Source: a virus. From it: a DNA stretch of 43,340 nt. Under the pieces are notes generated by a model. That model was not told the origin of the DNA. It saw only the letters and a program-made list of their open reading frames with translations, and did not search any database. The stretch lies in IMG/VR virus record IMGVR_UViG_3300045988_176239; one strand, given 5' to 3'. The position numbers were made by a program, and so were the translations under genes. Shown here in pieces: positions 18,322 to 26,300 of this stretch; within the stretch, counting starts at the first letter, position 1; each line of letters opens with the position of its first letter.

Positions 18322-19023
18322 ATGCCTAACACTAGGTGGACCGGCGGTATCGTCCCCACGGTAGACGATAATCTCATTGAGGCCTGGGACGCATATGATG
18401 ATTCCGCTGGCCGGGTTATGCCGGCGGCGTCCGTAGCGGCAGCACGGGTCATGCTTGCGGCCGCACCGTCCGGCGCGGTATCGAAAGCACGCCCCGCCGT
18501 TTTCATTATCGACGACATTCTGTACACTGCCGACGGCTCCAAGGCTGGCGACGGGTCATTCAACATTAACCCTGCGAACTCGTTCAGTGGCGTGCTTTAC
18601 AGGCATCGTGATAATACGAACGGCCGCGGGCGCCCGACCTCGGATCACACCACCTACACGTGGGGCGACGGCATCGTCACCCTGCCGATCAAGAGTCTCA
18701 TGGAATTCTCGCTTGACGTGTGCGTGAGCATCGCGCACGAGGACTATCATTCCGAGGAGGAGAAAGACAAGGCGGTCGGCTCGTACTTCTTCGGGTTCAA
18801 GCTCGACAATCGTGGCATTTGGCAGACCGAGATTCAGTACAATCGCACGTTTATGACGCATCATATGCAGTGGCGCCTTTCCGTAGAGGCCGGGTCGCAT
18901 AGGGTTGCTTATACTACGGCGGGCAGCTATGGTGCCGACCCGTACTGGCATTACGATGGCGGCGTTTTCCCGGGCACTGTGTTTACTGTGGCTACTCTTG
19001 GTGCAACTCGCGTTGACCTGTAA
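18322..19023 (+). CDS. Hypothetical tail-module protein
   Basis: 233 aa with a TAGGAGAAAA RBS, located in the tail fibre region. Confidence 0.55.
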   Translation: MPNTRWTGGIVPTVDDNLIEAWDAYDDSAGRVMPAASVAAARVMLAAAPSGAVSKARPAVFIIDDILYTADGSKAGDGSFNINPANSFSGVLYRHRDNTNGRGRPTSDHTTYTWGDGIVTLPIKSLMEFSLDVCVSIAHEDYHSEEEKDKAVGSYFFGFKLDNRGIWQTEIQYNRTFMTHHMQWRLSVEAGSHRVAYTTAGSYGADPYWHYDGGVFPGTVFTVATLGATRVDL

Positions 19024-19064
19024 TCGACAAATATAGTTCACTATTAGAAATAGGTGATAATAAT

Positions 19065-19460
19065 ATGACCAAGGTCATAGCAACGGTCGTGAACGCGGCC
19101 GGCAAGACAGTCAACGCCACAATGAGTGTCCGCCCGGAAACCGTTTACACGTCCGACAATATTACGACAGTCCCCGCACCTGTGCGCGGTGATGCTGACG
19201 ACAAGGGCAGGATCGAGGTTGAGGTAGACGCCAGCCACGGCGGCCGATGGGCAATCGTCTTGAATGTAGCCGGCGTATGGGCACGTGAAGTGCGCGGTGC
19301 GGAATTGCCGGCCTCCGGTGACGTGCAGGTGACCTCCTTGTCGGCGTGGAATGGCGGCACTACTCCTGATCCTGGCAATCCTGGCGGCGGTGGCGGTCAG
19401 GGCAATGGCGGCAAGATCACCGTCAGTGACGATGGTCTTACCTGGACCTACGGAGAGTGA
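19065..19460 (+). CDS. Hypothetical tail-module protein with a Gly-rich segment
   Basis: 131 aa, including PGNPGGGGGQGNGGK near the C-terminus. Confidence 0.5.
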   Translation: MTKVIATVVNAAGKTVNATMSVRPETVYTSDNITTVPAPVRGDADDKGRIEVEVDASHGGRWAIVLNVAGVWAREVRGAELPASGDVQVTSLSAWNGGTTPDPGNPGGGGGQGNGGKITVSDDGLTWTYGE

Positions 19461-19469
19461 GAAAACACA

Positions 19470-20465
19470 ATGGCAAACGTTACTGGGTACACTAAGGCCG
19501 GCGTTGATAAGCTGGTCGCCCCGCTGTTCTCCTCGATATCGCCTTTCACGGTCGGCGAACACTATTATTCCCCGGTCACGTATTTCTGGCCCGATTTCTA
19601 CAATGAGGGCCAGGCTGGAAAGGTTTCAAAGTGGGCCAAGACTCTGTCCTACGGGAATGCTCTCGGCTACGTGATCATGAATCGCTCTACTGGTGATTGG
19701 TCTGCCAAGGATAATGATTTTTTCACGCAGGCGCAGCGCGCCCAGGCGGCCGGGGCGAAGAGAATTCTTTGGTACATTCCTACCCGCTACGGTGTCGCGT
19801 CGCTTGCCAAGGATGATGCTGCTAGGAACGGCGTGCCGGACCCGGACAAGTTTACGCGCGAATACATTATGCAACTGTGCGCCAACCTGCGCTCCCAGTA
19901 CGGCGACCTTTTCCAGGGCGTATTCTTGGACGAGGTAATCAACGGCTGGGGAGCGCAGTCCGGACGGGTCGGCTGGTACGGTGACCTCATCGGCGAAATT
20001 CGACGCACCTACGGCAAGAATTTCACAATCGCTATCAACCCTGGCAGTAATATTGCTGAGGCCGTGTGCTCCCTTGATTTCGATGTGTGTATGAGTTTTG
20101 AGAATACTGCCACCAAGTATTTGACGGACGACCCCAATAATCCGATTGCGAACGATGTGATGCGTGCGCAGCCTTCCACCAAGTGGTGGCACGTTATCCA
20201 TGGGGTTACGAAAGAGAATTTCCGGCAGGTAATCGATCGCGCCGCATCGTTCGGCGTGTCGCATTTGTATGTGACCGATGGTGAGTTGGTGCAGGGTGAG
20301 GGCGGCCAGTGGGTGCCCGAGAAGAATCCTTATCAGAATCCTCCGTCGGATTGGATTATGGAGCGCGTGGTCGCTTGGCATGGCGGCTACCTCGGTTTGG
20401 TTGAGCGTGTTGCCGCGTTGGAGGCAAAGGCAGCTCCGGCTCCGCCTCCTCAGCCTGGCGCCTGA
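19470..20465 (+). CDS. Putative TIM-barrel glycoside hydrolase (spherulation-specific family 4 / GH135-like); tail-associated depolymerase candidate
   Basis: 331 aa and the last gene of the tail operon. The pattern YFWPDFY...GYVIMNRSTGDW...AGAKRILWYIPTRYG...FQGVFLDEV recalls the Sph3/spherulin-4 family. This is from memory and was not searched. Confidence 0.45.
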   Translation: MANVTGYTKAGVDKLVAPLFSSISPFTVGEHYYSPVTYFWPDFYNEGQAGKVSKWAKTLSYGNALGYVIMNRSTGDWSAKDNDFFTQAQRAQAAGAKRILWYIPTRYGVASLAKDDAARNGVPDPDKFTREYIMQLCANLRSQYGDLFQGVFLDEVINGWGAQSGRVGWYGDLIGEIRRTYGKNFTIAINPGSNIAEAVCSLDFDVCMSFENTATKYLTDDPNNPIANDVMRAQPSTKWWHVIHGVTKENFRQVIDRAASFGVSHLYVTDGELVQGEGGQWVPEKNPYQNPPSDWIMERVVAWHGGYLGLVERVAALEAKAAPAPPPQPGA

Positions 20466-20485
20466 GTGTTTCACGTGAAACATTC
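20465..20485. repeat. 21-bp element agtgtttcacgtgaaacattc containing the perfect 16-bp palindrome TGTTTCACGTGAAACA (copy 1 of 2)
   Basis: Identical to 27527-27547. It lies at a convergent gene junction, overlapping the stop codon at 20463-20465 and the left arm of the adjacent hairpin. Confidence 0.9.
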
Positions 20486-20522
20486 CCCCTCACCACGACT
20501 TTCGTGGTGAGGGGGAATGTTT
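20478..20522. terminator. Bidirectional terminator hairpin (21-bp stem, 3-nt loop)
   Basis: aaacattccccctcaccacga (20478-20498) pairs with tcgtggtgagggggaatgttt (20502-20522), between convergent genes. Confidence 0.75.
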
Positions 20523-20541
20523 TCGCATCCGGTGCAAGAGA

Positions 20542-21009
20542 CTATAGTCCCAAGCGCTGGTAGTCTCCTCCGTGTTCGCGAGCAATATCGTCCAATACGC
20601 CCATGAGATCGGAACGCGCATCATCCTGAACGTCGATAGACGGTGAGTTCAGGATCGAATGAATCGTGCTGTTGATCTCCATGATTTGACGGACGGCGAT
20701 TGCGTCACACTCTACGGTAATCCATTGTCGTGCTAAACGGCGTGCAAGATTGGACGTGTTCTCACCGCTTGTCTCATGGGTGAGACCTACAACGCTCAAT
20801 GGCCAGCCCCACACAATCCATTTACTGATAGCGCCGTCGTTGCCGTTTTCTATGGTGACGCTAATCCTACCACCCTTATAGCGGTTGCGCCACTTCAGAC
20901 GAGCGACCATGTGTGCTTCGTCAATGTCACACATGTCGGGCTTCGGAAGCCACAACTGTGTGAGGCTAATTTCGCGCTCGATCTCCAGCATTGGATTATT
21001 CGCTGTCAT
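20542..21009 (-). CDS. Hypothetical protein
   Basis: 155 aa from ATG 21009, which forms an ATGA overlap with the upstream stop. No recognisable motif. Confidence 0.55.
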   Translation of the reverse strand: MTANNPMLEIEREISLTQLWLPKPDMCDIDEAHMVARLKWRNRYKGGRISVTIENGNDGAISKWIVWGWPLSVVGLTHETSGENTSNLARRLARQWITVECDAIAVRQIMEINSTIHSILNSPSIDVQDDARSDLMGVLDDIAREHGGDYQRLGL

Positions 21010-21260
21010 GAGACGCTCCGCAAAAGCAGGTTGCAACGCATCGCAGAATGCTCCGGGCTACAGGATTCCTCGTGAGTCCACCCCGCCGAGACGCCGCGCT
21101 TCGATGTCACCACAACGCCGTCATCGGTGACCTCGATCTTCCCCGACGAAGACTCAACGACAGTGACTCCCGTGTGGTCTGAAATGCGAGGCGATGGGAG
21201 CATGTCCCGCAATTCCCTAGCAATAGCCAGCGCGATTTCCCGACGATCAATCTTGCTCAT
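21006..21260 (-). CDS. Hypothetical protein
   Basis: 84 aa with a TAATG overlap with the dCTP-deaminase gene stop. Confidence 0.5.
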   Translation of the reverse strand: MSKIDRREIALAIARELRDMLPSPRISDHTGVTVVESSSGKIEVTDDGVVVTSKRGVSAGWTHEESCSPEHSAMRCNLLLRSVS

Positions 21261-21778
21261 TATTCTACCTCCATGGCCGATGGCGTGACACCGATCTGCC
21301 CTTGATAATGCGAACCCAATCCATTGGTGCCGTACGGTGCACTGGCGGGCCTGTCCAAATCTTCGAAAGCAATCTGTGCAATCCTATCCCCCGGGTGAAG
21401 AATGGCAGATTTAACAGAATGCAAGTTAGCGATTTCCAAAGTCACGTTTCCCTGGAATCCCGGATCAATGTATCCTGCTGACACGTGGACGAGAATTCCG
21501 CGGCGCGCCCACGACGACTTGCCTTCCACCCTGGCCACTAGGTCGGCTGGCACGCTGACTTTCTCCTGGGTGGACGCGAGAATGAACTCACCCGGCAACA
21601 GCTCGTAACCGCTATCGTCGAGAGTAATGTTTTCGTCACCATGACGGTAGGCGATAATGTTCTCGTCTAGCCGCACTTCTACTGACGCCGGCTGAATAGA
21701 CAGCGGTTTCTGCCAGTCGGTGATGAGTTCGCCCCAATCGATTCTGCGTCGAAGAGTGAAATCACTCAGCGTAGCCAT
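21260..21778 (-). CDS. dcd: dCTP deaminase / dUTPase-superfamily protein
   Basis: 172 aa. The motifs VEGKSSWARRGILVH and GYIDPGFQGNVTLEIANL match the Dcd-type trimeric dUTPase-fold signature. Confidence 0.8.
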   Translation of the reverse strand: MATLSDFTLRRRIDWGELITDWQKPLSIQPASVEVRLDENIIAYRHGDENITLDDSGYELLPGEFILASTQEKVSVPADLVARVEGKSSWARRGILVHVSAGYIDPGFQGNVTLEIANLHSVKSAILHPGDRIAQIAFEDLDRPASAPYGTNGLGSHYQGQIGVTPSAMEVE

Positions 21779-22232
21779 TGCGGTATTTCCCGTCTTCGTT
21801 TTCCTTGATCATGTGGACCGTGTAACCTTTATCACGTAGAATTGCTTCGGCTTCGAGGGCAAGGGCAGGATTCTCTCCCGGGGCGATTCCTACCATGTCT
21901 TTACCACGCTCCGACAGTACGATCGCGCAGACGTACGCATTATCGTCCGACGAGTCACTGTAAGTGAGTACATACCCACCCATCTCATCCGAATATGTGC
22001 ACCTAGTAAAAGTGATCCTTCCTTCCCGCCATGAACGCAAGGCAAGTGTTACTCCCTGAACAAATTGAACAGTGTACATAAGCCCACGGATCGCGGCAGG
22101 CGGATCGATAGCATAACTCCTGATAGTGAAGTTACAGTCGGTGGCCTGCATAAACGCAGCCGCACCCCACAGTTCACCACATTTCGCCAAATCAACGAAA
22201 GCAATATCAACAATATTCTCCACAATACTCAC
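21762..22232 (-). CDS. Hypothetical protein
   Basis: 156 aa with a GTG start in a GTGA overlap with the upstream stop. Confidence 0.55.
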   Translation of the reverse strand: MSIVENIVDIAFVDLAKCGELWGAAAFMQATDCNFTIRSYAIDPPAAIRGLMYTVQFVQGVTLALRSWREGRITFTRCTYSDEMGGYVLTYSDSSDDNAYVCAIVLSERGKDMVGIAPGENPALALEAEAILRDKGYTVHMIKENEDGKYRNGYAE

Positions 22233-23227
22233 GCTTTCGGAATATAGTTGCTGAGACTATCGTGTGAAATGGCGGACACGAACTCCGTGAGCCGATCTCG
22301 AACCTCCCTGGCGCGCACCTCCGGGGCGAGCTGTCTATCAATAGTGTCCCAGTAGACGTTTCGCAGAATTGCGATCACCGTCTGACCTCCTTGCTTGGCG
22401 ACGAGTTCGCGCAGATACCATGCCGCTTTTCCCATATCAATATGTTCGTCGGCACCATTCTTGTGGCCTGCCCTGAAAATGTACTTCAGGGCACTGCCGG
22501 TCAGATAGTCTTTGTCGCGAATGAAAGTGATGGGCTCGGGGTCGAGGGCCGCATAGTGTGATGGGTGAGTTACCTCATTCTCATGCGCATTATCTTCGAT
22601 AATCCCATCATCCTTCTCTGTGACATAGAGAGTATCATCGCAGAGAGTCAACTCATAGCGCTGCTCATCGAACGTGAGAAACGCTTCCCCGCCATTCTCG
22701 TCTTTGTACCAAATGCACCATTCGCCAGTGAAATACCGGCAAACCTTCCTGACGGGCGCATAATAGCTGTTAGAAACGCAAAAGCAAATCGGATCATTGA
22801 CGAACTTCAACTCACAGCCAGGATCAATTTGATAGCCTACGATTCGCCGCCGATACCAACCGTCGCGCTTGTGCTCCAAAGAAACACAACGACGACTCCA
22901 ACATTCTACCCGCCATTCACTACTAGGATAGCGGCGGACGTGCACCTCCCAGAAACCACCATGCGGCACTACCTTCGAAACATACTCATACACGCCATTC
23001 GGGTAGTAAATCTTCTCACACCCATCATCTACAGGTGACACAACATAATCTCCTTTCTCTGTCCGGGTAATCGAATACTCGTCGTATTTGAAATAGTGTC
23101 TCCGCTCTACACCGGCCTGAATAGAATCGAAACCAATCCCCTTGTCTCCGCCGGTTTGCGCTATGATTCTCTCTCTGCTGCTGTCCGGCAAGTACAGCCA
23201 AACCGGCTTCAAAAACACCGTGTCCAT
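22229..23227 (-). CDS. Fusion protein: novel W/C/Y-rich N-terminal region (about 210 aa) plus a C-terminal DUF3310 (SaV-like) domain
   Basis: 332 aa. The C-terminal HPSHYAALDPEPITFIRDKDYLTGSALKYIFRAGHKNGADEHIDMGKAAWYLRELV matches the remembered DUF3310 pattern HPSHY...GNAIKY..R...K...DL.KA.WYL. Confidence 0.6.
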   Translation of the reverse strand: MDTVFLKPVWLYLPDSSRERIIAQTGGDKGIGFDSIQAGVERRHYFKYDEYSITRTEKGDYVVSPVDDGCEKIYYPNGVYEYVSKVVPHGGFWEVHVRRYPSSEWRVECWSRRCVSLEHKRDGWYRRRIVGYQIDPGCELKFVNDPICFCVSNSYYAPVRKVCRYFTGEWCIWYKDENGGEAFLTFDEQRYELTLCDDTLYVTEKDDGIIEDNAHENEVTHPSHYAALDPEPITFIRDKDYLTGSALKYIFRAGHKNGADEHIDMGKAAWYLRELVAKQGGQTVIAILRNVYWDTIDRQLAPEVRAREVRDRLTEFVSAISHDSLSNYIPKA

Positions 23228-23244
23228 AACTGCTTCCAGCTATT

Positions 23245-23610
23245 TCAGTTACCGAGAGTGCCGACCGTGGCAAAGTAGGCGAAAAACACCTGAAGCCACC
23301 AAAAAGCGCGCCACGCCAAAGACAGTCCAATAACTCCAACGATGAGGGCGACTGCACCCATTGCCATACCCTCGACCGTGGGCCGCGGCCTACGAAGCCA
23401 TGCCACGAAACGATTAGTGGGGCGCGGCGGCGCCATCACACTGAGCGGCACAGACCACACGGGAGGCGCCGGGGCAGGCCGAGGCGGGAGTGGCGGAGGC
23501 GGTGGGGCGGGTGCACCAGTCGCCGATGGCGGTGGAGGTGCGGGAGTCGGCGCCGATGGCGGTGGAGGTGCGGGAGTCGGCGCCGACGGGGCACTCGAAA
23601 AAGCAGACAT
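23245..23610 (-). CDS. Membrane protein with a Pro-rich repeat N-terminus
   Basis: 121 aa. The N-terminus is SAPTPAPPPP x2 followed by PPPPPLPPRPAPAPP, and two hydrophobic segments lie near the C-terminus (MGAVALIVGVIGLSLAW, WWLQVFFAYFATVG). Confidence 0.6.
   Translation of the reverse strand: MSAFSSAPSAPTPAPPPPSAPTPAPPPPSATGAPAPPPPPLPPRPAPAPPVWSVPLSVMAPPRPTNRFVAWLRRPRPTVEGMAMGAVALIVGVIGLSLAWRAFWWLQVFFAYFATVGTLGN
23521..23587. repeat. Perfect 30-bp tandem repeat (2 full copies plus 7 nt)
   Basis: cgccgatggcggtggaggtgcgggagtcgg at 23521-23550 equals 23551-23580. It encodes the SAPTPAPPPP repeat on the minus strand. Confidence 0.9.
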
Positions 23611-23622
23611 AATAGTTGTTTC

Positions 23623-23811
23623 TCACTTTCCGTTCAGTTCTGCCATGAGACGGTTGGTCCAACCGTCACTGTAGTTGAAATTCGTGCGCTTAGTGTGGCG
23701 TGTGCTCTTGATTCTCTTCGCTCGATTCTTCTTATGCTCCTGAAATTCGATCGTCTTGCGACGGACCTCGTCATCGCGTCCGTCCATACGCTGAATTGCC
23801 GGGTATTTCAT
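23623..23811 (-). CDS. Small basic hypothetical protein
   Basis: 62 aa from ATG 23811 (ATGA overlap with the upstream stop). It is Lys/Arg-rich (EFQEHKKNRAKRIKSTRHTKR). Confidence 0.5.
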   Translation of the reverse strand: MKYPAIQRMDGRDDEVRRKTIEFQEHKKNRAKRIKSTRHTKRTNFNYSDGWTNRLMAELNGK

Positions 23812-24203
23812 GATTTGACCCACTCGATCTGGTCGCCGAGAATCCCGCGCAGATCATTGATCAGATTGTGAGCGTTCCCGAGCTCTTCCTCGGTGATATC
23901 GAAAACCCGGTAGACGTTTCCTTGGGTGCAGACCACAAGGAAGGAATCGTTGGCGCATTCGTGGAGGAAAACATTGCGGACGTTTCCGATGAGGGCGGGT
24001 CGCTGAACGGGGATGGCCTGCACGAGGTCGGCCCCAGTGAGAATTGCGACGGCGACCACTTGCTCAACGGGGATGCCCCGGAATTCGTTCTCGCCTTTCT
24101 CGTACCCCTTTGCGGGGAAGTGAATCTTGGTGCCTTTCAGGTTGGTGAATACGGCGCCCCCTGTGGTTTTGCATGATCCGTATCCCGTGCGACGGCGTGC
24201 CAT
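23808..24203 (-). CDS. Hypothetical protein
   Basis: 131 aa from ATG 24203 with a GAGAAGAGGA RBS. The longer ORF-track version (to 24383) runs into a CA-rich leader. Confidence 0.55.
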   Translation of the reverse strand: MARRRTGYGSCKTTGGAVFTNLKGTKIHFPAKGYEKGENEFRGIPVEQVVAVAILTGADLVQAIPVQRPALIGNVRNVFLHECANDSFLVVCTQGNVYRVFDITEEELGNAHNLINDLRGILGDQIEWVKS

Positions 24204-24304
24204 GATAATCCTCTTCTCAAATATGTGTGTGTGATGGTGGTGGATGGTGGTGGTGGTCTGTCGTGGGTGGCGGGCCACCACTGTTGTGTGTGTGCGTGTG
24301 TGTG

Positions 24305-24454
24305 TCAGAGCGCCATCCACTGGTCGGCCAGGTAGGCGATGGTCTCGCCGGTCTCGTTCACCCAGTAGTCTGTGTCGCCCCACGCGTTGGCGGCGGTGCC
24401 GACGGCGTAGGCGATGTCGGTGTCGGTGGTGATGTTCTCAACGGTGGTGGTCAT
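24305..24454 (-). CDS. Small acidic hypothetical protein (49 aa), absent from the ORF track
   Basis: My translation is MTTTVENITTDTDIAYAVGTAANAWGDTDYWVNETGETIAYLADQWMAL*. Third codon positions are strongly GC-rich, and it is the first gene of the leftward block. Confidence 0.45.
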   Translation of the reverse strand: MTTTVENITTDTDIAYAVGTAANAWGDTDYWVNETGETIAYLADQWMAL

Positions 24455-24585
24455 TGTCTTGTCTTCTCTATCTTGGCTGGGTGGCTTGTCCTCCCTGCTG
24501 ATGACTCAATCATGCTTTCTCGCGTGCCATGGGTCAACCCACATGGATGGTGCCCTATCTCACAAAACCAATGTTGTGCTAGGTA

Positions 24586-24615
24586 TTGACAGACACTGGA
24601 CGCATGTGGTATACG
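24586..24615 (+). promoter_or_regulatory. Candidate promoter for the lysis cassette (TTGACA-N18-TATACG with an upstream TG)
   Basis: TTGACA at 24586-24591 and tgg-TATACG at 24610-24615, in the divergent intergenic region. Confidence 0.4.
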
Positions 24616-24663
24616 CGCGCGCACACACCTATATGCACTAAAGATGCCCCCCCCCAGGTGCTC

Positions 24664-26172
24664 ATGATAAAATTAAAGTCACCGAAAACCTTTACGAAAG
24701 GCGGTGCAAAATTGGCAGATTCCGTCACAGAATATGCTGCGTCGGAAATGAAATATTGGTGCACCACAGGCGACTACGGGGGCACAGGATATGCCCAGGA
24801 TAACCGGTGGACCTGCTACTGGAACAGCAATGATGCCGGCTGGAAAACGGGCCCCGGCGACATGGATTGCAGTAGCGGCGTAGCGGGCGCCTACAATATT
24901 GCATTCCACAATGTCTGGGGAACCGGCTGGGATGACCCGATCATGTTCCCGCGAACCGGCGAAACATGGACCGAAACCCTGAATTCCCTGGCCGCGAATC
25001 GCGGTTTCATGGATATCGGGGACACATGGTACGGGTCCACGCCGTCAGGCGGATTCCATGTCGGCGACATGGTCCTGAAAACCACCGGAGACGGCGGACA
25101 TGTCGCAATGTGCGTACGCGAAGACGATGGTTCATTCAACTCAGGCGACCCGCTCCTCGCCGAGGCGTGGATTAACGAGAATGGCGAAATCTCGGAGGGT
25201 CAGATGGGTGATCAGACCGGCTACGAAACTCATGTAGTCCGGTACAGTAGTCACCCGATGACTGTCGCAGCCTCGTGGTCCACGTGCATCCGTTTCGGAA
25301 AGAGGACCGATTCCGATAACGGGCACGAGTCCGCCGGATCGTACCGCCTTTCTTCAATCCAGGAGGCCGTTCTCAGAGCTGCTGATGCGGAGAATTGCCC
25401 GTGGTGGGCTGCCCTGGCATGCCTGTGGATGGAGACCGGCGAACGCGGCGCGAACATTTACGGGCACGACGCAGGTGGTGCCGGCCCGCACGGTGAGGAG
25501 GTAACCGAGGAGAATTTCCGTGAGTTTCTTGCGGCGATTCGAGACGGTGAAAACTCGAACGGCGTTGGTCCGTTGCAGATCACGTATCCGGGGTATTTCT
25601 TTGATGACCCGGATCGTGAATGGTGGATGCCGGAGAAGTCGGCTGAGGTCGGCTGCCGTATTCTTCGCGATCTTATTAACGCGGAAGGTGACAGCTACGA
25701 AGCGTTGAAGCGTGTCGGGTCGCGGTATAATTCAGGGAATCCGTATGACGCGTATGAGTCTTATGGGATTCTTTTCAGTAATCGTTGCAAGTCTTGGTAT
25801 GATTATGGTCGCCCGTCCGGGGGCGCCGGAGAGGAATTTTGGGATATGAGCGAGGGCGTTGATCTGCTCAGGGAGATTCGCGATCTTTTCCGTAGTGGAA
25901 AGGCGGGCGATCATTTCGCGGGCGACATGAATTGGTACGCCAAGGCCACCTATGAGGAGGTTAAGTCTATTCACGCGTCCGTGGATCAGATTCTGCATTC
26001 TGTGACTCCGGGTCAGGAGAATGTGCGTGAGGCGGGTGCGATTTATGGTGCTGTGAACGAGATTCGCAAGGCCGTGTCGACGCCGTCGTCTTTGCAGGCG
26101 CATGATGGTGTTGCAGAGTCTCCGACTCCGGAGTCTCCTGCCCCGGCTCCGGCTCCGGAGCAGAATTCCTGA
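24664..26172 (+). CDS. Endolysin with two catalytic domains: N-terminal Cys-His peptidase/amidase (Amidase_5 / NlpC-P60-like) and a central lytic transglycosylase-like (SLT/GH23) domain
   Basis: DCSSGVAGAY...GDGGHVAMCV...GDQTGYE in the N-terminal part; WMETGE...GVGPLQIT...YNSGNPY in the centre. Start ATG 24664 was chosen because it lies downstream of the promoter candidate. In-frame alternatives are 24586 and 24604. Confidence 0.8.
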   Translation: MIKLKSPKTFTKGGAKLADSVTEYAASEMKYWCTTGDYGGTGYAQDNRWTCYWNSNDAGWKTGPGDMDCSSGVAGAYNIAFHNVWGTGWDDPIMFPRTGETWTETLNSLAANRGFMDIGDTWYGSTPSGGFHVGDMVLKTTGDGGHVAMCVREDDGSFNSGDPLLAEAWINENGEISEGQMGDQTGYETHVVRYSSHPMTVAASWSTCIRFGKRTDSDNGHESAGSYRLSSIQEAVLRAADAENCPWWAALACLWMETGERGANIYGHDAGGAGPHGEEVTEENFREFLAAIRDGENSNGVGPLQITYPGYFFDDPDREWWMPEKSAEVGCRILRDLINAEGDSYEALKRVGSRYNSGNPYDAYESYGILFSNRCKSWYDYGRPSGGAGEEFWDMSEGVDLLREIRDLFRSGKAGDHFAGDMNWYAKATYEEVKSIHASVDQILHSVTPGQENVREAGAIYGAVNEIRKAVSTPSSLQAHDGVAESPTPESPAPAPAPEQNS

Positions 26173-26300
26173 CACAACATGTCGGTGTTCTATCGTGGCA
26201 TATTCACCCAGCATTATGCTAGGTGTTACGTCATGATGGGTACGACATGCGGGGAGCTTCACTCTCTTCCCTCTCCGTGATTTCCTGTGACAGTGGTAGA

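Noticed and set aside
23342-23674. Gly-rich 110-aa + ORF
   Set aside because: It is antisense to the Pro-rich membrane protein gene (CCN codons read as GGN on the other strand), and that gene has the better start and RBS.
26179-26277. 32-aa + ORF between the endolysin stop and its terminator
   Set aside because: It has no RBS, an unremarkable composition and lies just upstream of the terminator. It is probably untranslated 3' sequence.
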